Source of the DNA: an uncultured Bacilli bacterium
GTDB taxonomy: Bacteria > Bacillota_I > Bacilli_A > RF39 > UBA660
DNA length: 50,659 nucleotides
NCBI GenBank assembly: GCA_947598395.1
Contig: CANQFG010000004.1
Location: 1-50,659, forward strand
Direction of reading: 5' to 3'
Made by a program: the position numbers and the translations under genes. This document shows positions 17,522 to 26,800 of the stretch, piece after piece (the first letter of the stretch is position 1; the number at the start of each line of letters is the position of its first letter). The notes beneath the pieces are model-generated. The model had not been told where the DNA came from, did no database searches, and worked only from the letters and a program-made list of their open reading frames with translations.

Positions 17522-18715
17522 TTAAAGATCACAAAAATGGCCATCTTTCATTATCGGAACTTCTTCTTCACTCTTCGTTATACCCGTAATACTTAAATCA
17601 TCAGTACCAATCATAAAATCGACATGACATTGGGAAAAATTGATGCCGCGCTTTAAGAGAGTTTTACTATCTAAAGTACCACGATGACGAATGCATTCAT
17701 TGAAACCGCGTCCCAAAGCTAAATGACAGGCTGCATTTTCATCATATAGAGTTTCTTCAAATAAAAGACGTTTTTTGCTAATTGCCGAATCCCGATCGAC
17801 GAGGGCACATTCACCTAAATAGGAACTATTTTTATCGATCTTTAAGATATTGGCAAGATACTTCTTCCCGACCTTAGCATCATACTTGACGACGCGCCCC
17901 TTTTTAAATTCCAATTTTATGCCATCGATCAAGTTATTGTTATAGATAAGGGGTTTTGAGGAAAATACAACTCCCTCCGTCTTATCGTAACGCGGGGCCG
18001 TAAAGATCTCCTCCGTCGGCATATTATTGATGACGCCATCTTTATTCTTACCCGAACACCACCGATGCTTTTTCGGCAAAGTGAGAACTAAATCCGTCCC
18101 CAGGGAATTATGGTATTTGAGTTTTTTAAAGTGGTATTTATTTAATTTCTTCGTAAGGCGATCCAATTTAGCCAATTTCTTGAACCATCCGCGATAGGGA
18201 TTACGCCCCTTTACGAGACATATATCATAGATATAATCCCAAAGTTCTTCCTCGCTTATCTTCAAGGCTTCTTCGGCCCACCAGCGATTGGCAGCTACTG
18301 CCATCGTCCAATGCAAGCGACTCGCATCGTATAGCTCGGAAAACTCCTCTTGTGTAGCCTTGCGATACTTTTCGACCCGATCCTGCTTTTCGGCCGGAAT
18401 ATCACTCATCAAATTGGGAATCATGCTACGAATAAATAAAAATGCTGCATCGAGCTTGGCATAATGGTTATATATCGAACGATCAAATAAAGGATTTTTG
18501 ATAATATCGTCATAATCTAAATCGCGCAGCAAACCATGTTCCTTAAAGGGATAAGTTATTTCAAAGTGCACTTCTTTTAAAGCATACTTTTGCGCCGCTT
18601 TTTCTAAACATTCGCGAAACTTTTCTAAATAATTGGGTATTTCGATAAATAGATAGTCCTTATCTTTGACCCTTAAGGCCCGTAATAATAAATCGGCATA
18701 TTTATGCATATTCAC
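17522..18715 (-). CDS. M29-family aminopeptidase (AmpS/PepS-like)
   Basis: Motifs NNMPTEEIFTAP, YDENAACHLALGRGF and HVDFMIGTDDLSITGI. GAGGTG RBS before a GTG start. Confidence 0.8.
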   Translation of the reverse strand: MNMHKYADLLLRALRVKDKDYLFIEIPNYLEKFRECLEKAAQKYALKEVHFEITYPFKEHGLLRDLDYDDIIKNPLFDRSIYNHYAKLDAAFLFIRSMIPNLMSDIPAEKQDRVEKYRKATQEEFSELYDASRLHWTMAVAANRWWAEEALKISEEELWDYIYDICLVKGRNPYRGWFKKLAKLDRLTKKLNKYHFKKLKYHNSLGTDLVLTLPKKHRWCSGKNKDGVINNMPTEEIFTAPRYDKTEGVVFSSKPLIYNNNLIDGIKLEFKKGRVVKYDAKVGKKYLANILKIDKNSSYLGECALVDRDSAISKKRLLFEETLYDENAACHLALGRGFNECIRHRGTLDSKTLLKRGINFSQCHVDFMIGTDDLSITGITKSEEEVPIMKDGHFCDL

Positions 18716-18764
18716 AAATAATCACCTCATTATTATCTTTAACCTATTGAAAAAAACTATACTT

Positions 18765-19661
18765 TTAGATTTTATAAACTAAGACATGGGTCAAGTGATC
18801 ATAGATATATAATTCATGATTTTTAGGTACTTCCCCATCATAATAAAGTTGACCACCACACTTCAAGGCCACTTTGATCGATGCACGATTATCTTTAGCA
18901 ATCGCGATATAGAGTTCCTTATTGACTTCATCGCCATATTGCAAGGTCAAATCGCGCACGAGTTTTAAGGCTCGCGTGGCATAATTTTGGTTTTGAAATA
19001 ATGGTCTGATGCGATATTCGACATTGCCATCATAGGCAAAATTATCCGCATCCCTTGGCTTTAAGGAAAAGGCAATATGGCCAATTATTTCCGAAGTAGC
19101 CGTCAAGACAATATCCATGCTCAAAGCGGGAGCCTTTTTTGGTCTATAGTTAGGAGCATATAGGGTAATAGCATCATCTTCGCAAACTTTATAGTAATTA
19201 TCGGGATTGATGATTTCGAGATTATAATATAGATCGTGATCATTATAAATGATAAGCTTTTTATATCTTTGTTTATGGGCCATCAAAGAGGTGATAAATG
19301 CGCATAATTTAGCTATCCCCTCTTCCCGGTTAACTTGAGTATCACTTAAAAAGATATAATCATCTTCGCGATAACTATACGCATTATTAGCCTTATCATA
19401 GTGCAGTTGCCGAAGCAGATCTTCATCCTTAAGGATTACGACAAAGGATTTTAAATCGCGCATGATAAACATTACTTGATTATCGATATAAAGAATTTGC
19501 ATCATCCCCGAAAGTTCAAAATTATCGAGCATATCAAATAGATGGGTATCGATGCCCCAACTTTGAAGTTCTTTACAAAATATTCCTTTTGGTATCGCCT
19601 TAGAACTAGTGATATTATAACCCAACGAAAAAGGAGTAATAATTAATGGAATATTAACCAT
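18765..19661 (-). CDS. Protein with C-terminal GNAT-type acetyltransferase domain and an unassigned N-terminal domain
   Basis: The C-terminal ~110 aa (IGHIAFSL..EYRIRPLFQNQNYATRALKLV..ASIKVALKCGG) resemble the GNAT acetyl-CoA-binding core. AGGAGGAGG RBS. Confidence 0.5.
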   Translation of the reverse strand: MVNIPLIITPFSLGYNITSSKAIPKGIFCKELQSWGIDTHLFDMLDNFELSGMMQILYIDNQVMFIMRDLKSFVVILKDEDLLRQLHYDKANNAYSYREDDYIFLSDTQVNREEGIAKLCAFITSLMAHKQRYKKLIIYNDHDLYYNLEIINPDNYYKVCEDDAITLYAPNYRPKKAPALSMDIVLTATSEIIGHIAFSLKPRDADNFAYDGNVEYRIRPLFQNQNYATRALKLVRDLTLQYGDEVNKELYIAIAKDNRASIKVALKCGGQLYYDGEVPKNHELYIYDHLTHVLVYKI

Positions 19662-19675
19662 AATTTATCCTCCTC

Positions 19676-20542
19676 CTAATTACTTATTTTAAGATATATT
19701 TTATTATTTGCAAAGTAATATTTGATTTTTTCTTCATCGATTAAGTATGATATATAAGCTTTAAGGGTACTCGTAAGTAAAATATATTGATTTATATCAA
19801 CGGAAATATCGTAATGAGACAAGACGACACTGATGAGTTCTTCCATGCTCAAATCTTCTTGCAAATAGGTTAAAATTACATCACATATCTCCCCTATCTT
19901 TTCCCGATTTAAAGCAATTAATGACGTAATATTATCCAAAACCTCGCCATGGGCCATGACGAAGACACGGGCCGTTATTTGTTCGAGATAATCTAACGTA
20001 TTTAAATAATCGCTCACGTTATAAAGATAAAAGATATGATACTTAGAAATTATCTCCTCCGAAGCAAGGGCATCGCCTAAAAAGACGACATCATCTCGCG
20101 TCTTAATGCCAATCATTGCCGGTGCATGTCCCGGTAATGGCAAGATGCTTAAATCGGAAAGCTCTAAAGGTGCATATGCGGTTTGCGGAGCCAATAAAAA
20201 TTTATTTTGAAGATCTTTAAAGGGATAGGCTCCATAGAGCATCGCTGGCTCTAATATGGGATATGAAATGAAGCAATCTTCCATCGAATTCGCATAGACG
20301 GGTGCCTTAGTTTTATCGATGATGGCCTTATTGCCTCCGATATGATCGGCATGCGAATGCGTATTGATAATTCCACATATACGCCAATTATGTTCGGAAA
20401 TGATGCGTAAGATTTTCTTTCCGGCATCGGCATCATTGCCCGTATCGACGAGAAAGACATCCGATTCGCCTCTTTTGATGACGCCGATATTGGTTCGATT
20501 TTTAATATAATAGGTATTGGGCGTTAGTTGAACTAATTCCAT
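19676..20542 (-). CDS. MBL-fold metallo-hydrolase
   Basis: HxHxDH motif (NTHSHADHIGGN) and later H/D ligands (PGHAP, FLGDAL). ATG 20542 avoids overlap with rarA, so the track extension is rejected. Confidence 0.8.
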   Translation of the reverse strand: MELVQLTPNTYYIKNRTNIGVIKRGESDVFLVDTGNDADAGKKILRIISEHNWRICGIINTHSHADHIGGNKAIIDKTKAPVYANSMEDCFISYPILEPAMLYGAYPFKDLQNKFLLAPQTAYAPLELSDLSILPLPGHAPAMIGIKTRDDVVFLGDALASEEIISKYHIFYLYNVSDYLNTLDYLEQITARVFVMAHGEVLDNITSLIALNREKIGEICDVILTYLQEDLSMEELISVVLSHYDISVDINQYILLTSTLKAYISYLIDEEKIKYYFANNKIYLKISN

Positions 20543-20546
20543 GGAT

Positions 20547-21851
20547 TCACTTCTTTCTACGTTTTCTTTCCTTAATATTATTGAGAATCTCTTGAACATT
20601 TTTTTCGTTGCCATGATTGGTCGGATAATAATATTGCCGATCCTTTAAGGTATCGGGAAGACATTGCATATTGGTGATATTATCATCAAAGTCATGGGCA
20701 TATTGATAATCGGCGCCAAATCCGAGATCTTTATCGAGCTTCGTTACGGCATTGCGCAAATTCAAAGGTACGCTTTCGTCCATCGTCCTAATGGCATCCT
20801 TGCGCACCCCGAGATAGGCCTTATAAAGGGCATTGGATTTGGGTGAGACGCTCATGTAGACGACCGCTTGGGCCAAATTGACATTGCATTCGGGCATCCC
20901 GATAAAATGGGCGGCTTGATAGGCACTTACCGCTTGCACTAAGGCATTCGTATTGGCCATGCCGATATCTTCCGAGGCAAAGCGAATGAGACGGCGAGCT
21001 ACATATAATGGATCTTCCCCGGCTTCGAGCATGCGCGCAAGATAATAAAGGGCCGCATCGGGATCGGAATTGCGCATCGATTTATGAAGGGCCGAGATCA
21101 AGTTATAGTGTTCGTCCCCATTTTTATCATACAAGAAGGTCTTGCTCTGCAAAGCTTTCTCCAAATTATCTTTGGTAATATGGCGTTTATTGCCTTTTGA
21201 GGGAATAATGTTGACGAGGCTTTCCAAGGTATTGAGTGCTCCCCTTGCATCGCCCTTGCTAAACCGCGCCATGATATTCAAGGCATCGTCATCGATTTGA
21301 AGATTGGCATAACTTTTAGCTATTGCCCGCTTAAGAATGGCCTTAATATTCTCATCACTTAAGGCTTCGAGGACATAGACTTTACTCCGCGATAAAAGGG
21401 CCGAATTGACTTCAAATGAAGGGTTTTCCGTCGTCGCCCCAATTAAGATGATATCGCCATTTTCGACATAGGGCAAAAAGGCGTCTTGTTGGGCTTTATT
21501 GAAGCGATGAATTTCATCGACAAAGACGATTGTATTCTTATTGTTACTCTTATTAAATTTGGCAATTTCGATCAATTCTTTGATATCCTTAACTCCCGAT
21601 GTAACGGCACTCAATTCCAAAAAAGCCGAATGCGTCTGATGGGCAATTATTTTGGCTAAGGTCGTCTTCCCCGATCCGGGAGGTCCCCAGAAGATCATCG
21701 ACGAAATATTATCGGAATTGATCATCTCGCGAATGGGCGAACCCTCCCCGACGATAGCCTCTTGACCATAAAATTCATCGAGATTAAAAGGCCGCATTTT
21801 CTCGGCCAAGGGGATATATCCACCACTCTCATGCTCATAATCATTTTGCAT
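20547..21851 (-). CDS. rarA: Replication-associated recombination protein A (AAA+ ATPase RarA/MgsA)
   Basis: GPPGSGKTTLAKIIA, VFVDEIHRFNKAQQD and a MgsA C-terminal region (HYNLISALHKSMRNSDPDAALYYLARML). Confidence 0.9.
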   Translation of the reverse strand: MQNDYEHESGGYIPLAEKMRPFNLDEFYGQEAIVGEGSPIREMINSDNISSMIFWGPPGSGKTTLAKIIAHQTHSAFLELSAVTSGVKDIKELIEIAKFNKSNNKNTIVFVDEIHRFNKAQQDAFLPYVENGDIILIGATTENPSFEVNSALLSRSKVYVLEALSDENIKAILKRAIAKSYANLQIDDDALNIMARFSKGDARGALNTLESLVNIIPSKGNKRHITKDNLEKALQSKTFLYDKNGDEHYNLISALHKSMRNSDPDAALYYLARMLEAGEDPLYVARRLIRFASEDIGMANTNALVQAVSAYQAAHFIGMPECNVNLAQAVVYMSVSPKSNALYKAYLGVRKDAIRTMDESVPLNLRNAVTKLDKDLGFGADYQYAHDFDDNITNMQCLPDTLKDRQYYYPTNHGNEKNVQEILNNIKERKRRKK

Positions 21852-21927
21852 AATTTCACCTTCATTAAAACTATAGCATTTCTCGTCTTAATTATATAAT
21901 ACATACATTTGTTTGTAAAGAAAAATA

Positions 21928-22869
21928 TTATTTTTTTGCCGCTTTGGTACGGGATTTTTTCTTTGATGTCTTCTTCGAATTTGCTGCTTCATGATGATGA
22001 TGCGCATCGACTTCCTTTACGATGCATATTTGGCTATTGCACATCTCGTCCTCTTCTTCGACTTCGATCGTCACATGATCGATATCATATTTTTTTAAAG
22101 TCATGCGAATCGCATCTTTGACCTTTTTAGCTGATTTCGAGTTACAAATGACGTGCATCGTTGCCGAATTGTTGACGCCATCGATACTCCAGACATGGAC
22201 ATGATGAACATCGATGACCGTGGGAATTTCCAAAATATCATGTTTAATTAAATCGATATCGGCATTTTCGGGGCGTTTTTCCAAAAATAAATCGATGATC
22301 TCTTTAAATTCATGGACGGCATGGACAAAGATAAAGAGAGCAACGCCAATCGACATTAGAGTGTCAATGATCGTAAATCCCGTATATTTAATGACTAACG
22401 AGCCAACTAACACGACAATCCAGCCCAAGACATCCTCTAACATATGGAGATTGACGGCCTTTTGATTTAAAGAATCGCCATCGCGCGTGAATATCGTCGC
22501 CACAAAATTGATAATTACGCCCAATACGGCAAACAAAATCATTCCATTATAATCGATAGCTTCGAGATGAAAGAGCCGATTAATAGCTCCTAAGATAACT
22601 AATATCGAACCAATCATTAAAATACTGGTCGTCATAAAAGCTCCCAAAATCGAATATCTTTGATAGCCAAATGTATAGGTATTATCGGGTTTTCTCTTGC
22701 TCTTCTTTTCCAATAAATACGATAATCCAATGCTTATCGCATCGCCACAGTCATGTACGGCATCGGAAATAATGGCAATACTATTAGTCAGTAATCCTCC
22801 ACCTAATTCGAAGACCGAAAAAGAGATATTTAATAAAAAGGCAATCAGGATATTGCGTTCACTAGACAT
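21928..22869 (-). CDS. Cation diffusion facilitator (CDF) family metal efflux transporter
   Basis: Six predicted TM helices, DAVHDCGD metal site, HHVHVWS cytoplasmic domain and a His-rich tail (DAHHHHE). Confidence 0.85.
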   Translation of the reverse strand: MSSERNILIAFLLNISFSVFELGGGLLTNSIAIISDAVHDCGDAISIGLSYLLEKKSKRKPDNTYTFGYQRYSILGAFMTTSILMIGSILVILGAINRLFHLEAIDYNGMILFAVLGVIINFVATIFTRDGDSLNQKAVNLHMLEDVLGWIVVLVGSLVIKYTGFTIIDTLMSIGVALFIFVHAVHEFKEIIDLFLEKRPENADIDLIKHDILEIPTVIDVHHVHVWSIDGVNNSATMHVICNSKSAKKVKDAIRMTLKKYDIDHVTIEVEEEDEMCNSQICIVKEVDAHHHHEAANSKKTSKKKSRTKAAKK

Positions 22870-22955
22870 AAATCATCACCTAACCTTAATTATACTATAT
22901 TTTATGGCATAGTGGTGACTTAATTAAACAAAAAAAGCAAACTCGCGTTTACTTT

Positions 22956-23864
22956 TTAATTATTATTATTATTTTTGATATATAAGTATCGTCCACCGGC
23001 GATTAAGGCAACTAATACAAGGCTAATGCCAAAATACGAAGCAATGGTCTTAAAATCAATCTCTTGCGAATTTTCTTGATCGGAACTATGTGTCGTAGTC
23101 GTTGTACTTTCCAATTCCGCAGCTTCGGTAGAAGTCGTCGTACTCGTCGTTTTGCTTCCCTTCTTCGTCGTGGTCTTTTTCGTCGTCTTCTTCTTACTCT
23201 CAGTATGCGAATTAGTCGTTACCGAAGATTCATCCTTCATCGTACTCGTAGTAGTTGTAGTTGAAGTTGTCGAGGTAGTAGTCGAAGTCGAACTACTTGG
23301 CTCGGTTGGCGTCTCAGGTTTATCATCGTCTTCTTTGTCGTCTTCTTTTGGTTCATCGGGAACCTGCTCTTGGGCTTTTAACGTATATTTAGTACTGCCC
23401 TCGATGATAAAGTCCGTCAACTTATTTTTCTTCCACGAATTATCGATGCGCATCAAGGCAAAATCGCTTAAGGTATAATCTTGATCGACTTTGGAACTCG
23501 ATGATACGACGATCGTTCCAAGGGCCAATTGTTTATTTTGATTCAATAAATTATGGCTTAAATCGACGCCGCCAGCTAAGACTGTCACCGTCAAGACCTT
23601 CGTCTTCGAATTATAATCGACAACTCGACTTAGACGTCCATTGGCAATTTCATCGGCAAAGATAAACTTATCGGCTGCGACATTGCCAGATACTTTTACT
23701 TGAAATTCTACGCCACCGACAAAGCCATCTTCAAAATGAATCGTCGTACTGATATGACCATTTTCGACTTCTTTAAAATCGATATGCGTAGCTGCTTTAA
23801 CGAGAGCGGTCGATGAAAAGAAGCATACAACCGCCGTTAAAACTAGAAATAATTTTCGTTTCAT
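22956..23864 (-). CDS. Membrane-anchored protein: signal peptide, cohesin-like beta domain, Ser/Thr-rich linker, C-terminal TM anchor
   Basis: ATG 23864 (MKRKLFLVLTAVVCFFSSTALVKA) has an AAGGAGG RBS inside the end of the upstream gene, with a 4-nt gap. A beta-rich ~140-aa domain spans about 23340-23762 (FVGGVEFQVKVSGNV...LALGTIVVSS). It is followed by a long S/T/acidic linker and a terminal TM helix (ISLVLVALIAGGRYLYI). The cohesin assignment is by resemblance and context only. Confidence 0.45.
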   Translation of the reverse strand: MKRKLFLVLTAVVCFFSSTALVKAATHIDFKEVENGHISTTIHFEDGFVGGVEFQVKVSGNVAADKFIFADEIANGRLSRVVDYNSKTKVLTVTVLAGGVDLSHNLLNQNKQLALGTIVVSSSSKVDQDYTLSDFALMRIDNSWKKNKLTDFIIEGSTKYTLKAQEQVPDEPKEDDKEDDDKPETPTEPSSSTSTTTSTTSTTTTTSTMKDESSVTTNSHTESKKKTTKKTTTKKGSKTTSTTTSTEAAELESTTTTTHSSDQENSQEIDFKTIASYFGISLVLVALIAGGRYLYIKNNNNN

Positions 23865-23868
23865 CAAC

Positions 23869-26800
23869 CTAATCCTCCTTATTGACATCTCCACTGGTAA
23901 TACTCATCGTTCCTAATCTTCCATATTCGACTAGTTCTGTTACCGCTTTCGATGTACTCGTCAATCTTTGTCCTTTATTTTCGATGGCATCATTGACGCG
24001 ATAGAGATAAGCCCGAATAGCTTTTGAGCCATTATACATTTTCGTGTATTCCTCTTGCGTCATGACATAGAGCCATGTACCTTTGGCGACATCATAGACG
24101 GAATTGTCGGCATTTAATTCGGCAAATAACAATTGATATCCCGCATAGTTCTTATTGATATCATCGGCATCGCCGAGCAATAGGACATTAAATGATGGAC
24201 TTCCCGTATAAGAACCCTTGATGATAACGGAACCTGCTTTGATCAAGCCGATCGTCTCGCCCTTTTCATCTTTTTCCGTACAGCCATCCGTTAGATAGCA
24301 ATAATCGTAATCGAGAATACCCATTACTGGCGTATTATCACTCGTGAGTGAAATATCGATATTATCGCCCGGAGGTGCTATGACATTGAGTTCTGAACCC
24401 GATAGACTTGTCTTACCATCGGAAACTAGTAAGACGTATGAGACATTATCATAAGTCCACAATTGGGTCTTACTCGTCGTTCCCTCTTGCATGAAGTAAA
24501 CGGTATTCGTGTAATCATTGTCCTTATTTAAATCGAATGTTCCACTATTGGCAAGGATCCAATTTTCGGCATCGCTGCTGACATAGACCTTGTATTTGCC
24601 AATCGTATTGGCATCGATGGTATCGCCATTAACCTTGGCCCGATATTTAATACCACTTATCGAGAAGACATCATTTAAATTTAACATGATATAGGCATTA
24701 CTAGCATTGACATCTTTTGGCAATTTATGGGTCAAATTTTTAACCTTCTTCGTTCCATTAAAGGCCGTCTCATTATCGTCATCGATCAAGAGACGATTGC
24801 TCAATTTGCCATAATCCATTGTATCATCTTCGAAGTCGATGCTTTCATTCTCATCGGAGACATTTGATTCAATCGTAAAGAGATCTTTCTTTATCGAACC
24901 ATCATGGCTAACTTTAACTTCATCTAAAACTGTAGCTTCCGTCTTATTTAGTAAATAGTCATAGGCTACAACGGAATATGTATAAGCTCGGTTATTTTCG
25001 GCGCCAATATTATCGATATATGACGTTTTATCACCCGTTACAAAGGCAATCGATTCGCCATTGCGAAGAATTTCATAACCGAGGATGCGGTTTGCTTCAC
25101 CATTCGTCTTAAACTCAATTGATACGCGCTTATCGGCATTATTTACCTCTCCTATCGATGCTTCGACTTTCGTCGTTGGCGCAATGGCGATATTGGTATT
25201 CAACCGATATCTTCGAGCCGCATCGTTTAAATAATATAAGGCTTTCGTCTCCGTTTCATAACCTAATTCGGCAATCTCGGCTGCTACCTTATCCGATGCT
25301 TTTAAACCCCAAGCTTCGAAGAATGGAATTAAATTTTTGTTAGCCGCCATCGAAGCGAAGAGAATCGTCAAATCGTCGCGACCATATTTATTCTTATTGT
25401 CATAAGTCCGCGAGATATGATTGATGCGCGCCAATATCGAATTCGTATCGGCAAATGTGGCTTCATCATCATAAGCTAAGTGAAGTTGCCAATACATTCC
25501 CAATTGAACGAAGACATTTTGTGCTCTTCCCAACGTATGCGATGTGACTTTTTCATAGATCTTATCGTAGATATCATTGATCTCTAAGCGCGATTTATCG
25601 TTATCATTGCTCGTTTGGGCAAGCAAGGCATAGATATTATTGGTAACTTCGGCAAAGACAGTACTAGATTGATTGATTTGGTGGCCAATTTCATGGCTTA
25701 TACCCCAACCAAAATAGCCCGTAGCATCTTCCCGATTGCGGTGAGCTTGAATTAATCCGGCAATCGAACCATAGCCAATTCCAATATGGTAACCACCGGC
25801 ATACATGAAGGCTCCATCGAACATCCGCATATAGCGAATATTGATGCGTGCCTTTGGCATCTCATCGGCTGGATCAGCAGCATTTCTTTGAAGGCCCTTT
25901 TGCCGATAAAACATTTCCATCATCTCATCGAAGGCCAATGTCGTCTCATCGAGGCGATCAATTTGCGCTTCGATCGTATCAGCCCCAGATACTAAGGCAT
26001 CTTCGACGGCCATACTCGATACGGAAAGCAAGCCATGTTCGGTTACGATTTCCGTAGAAGAAAGGACACTCGTCGCTTTATCAAAAGTCTTATTTTCGGC
26101 TTGATATAGTCCTGGCAAAGAGGCATTAAAGTCCTTTAACTCGCCAATATATTTTTGAATAGCTGCTTTTTTATCGCTCGCATTTAAACCCGTTGTATCC
26201 AAGACGGGAATCTTCGTTCCACCGGATACGCGAACGCGAATCGGATTATTATCCGGTTTATTTTTATAGCGGATATAGACACTGCCACCGCGCTCAACTG
26301 CGGCACTCCCGATCGTTGGAACCGTGATGACATTTAAGCCCTTTTGCAACGTTTGACTGGCCGTGGCATTCCAAGCGTTGGCCTCGGCATAGAATTGCGT
26401 GAAGACGATTTCGGCATTGACATTATTGCTATTCGTTCCGACATAGACATTTAACGTCTCACCCGGACGAGCGACAATTCCCAATGGTTGATAATCGCTG
26501 ATGCTCATGGCAAATTTTAGATGACCATTATAGGCATTGGCATAATTAGGATCGAGGGTAATGATATCATCGAGTTTTTCATCCTTTAAGATTTTTTCGG
26601 CATAATCGAGATCGGCTAAGACACTATCGCGATATGGTGAATATTCCCCGTTATCCTTATTATCAGCTCGCTTACGTAATTCATCGATTTTGTCTTGCGT
26701 GACATCTTCTTTTAGAGAAATCCGCAAATCATCGGTAAATAAAGCGGCTACATCATCGACTAAGGAATCATATTTATAGAACTTTAATTCGTCGATTTGA

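Noticed and set aside
22870-22955. Possible metal-sensing (czcD/NiCo-type) riboswitch upstream of the CDF transporter gene.
   Set aside because: The space between the upstream terminator and the start codon is under 90 nt and is mostly promoter plus RBS. That is too short, and it lacks the paired-helix architecture.
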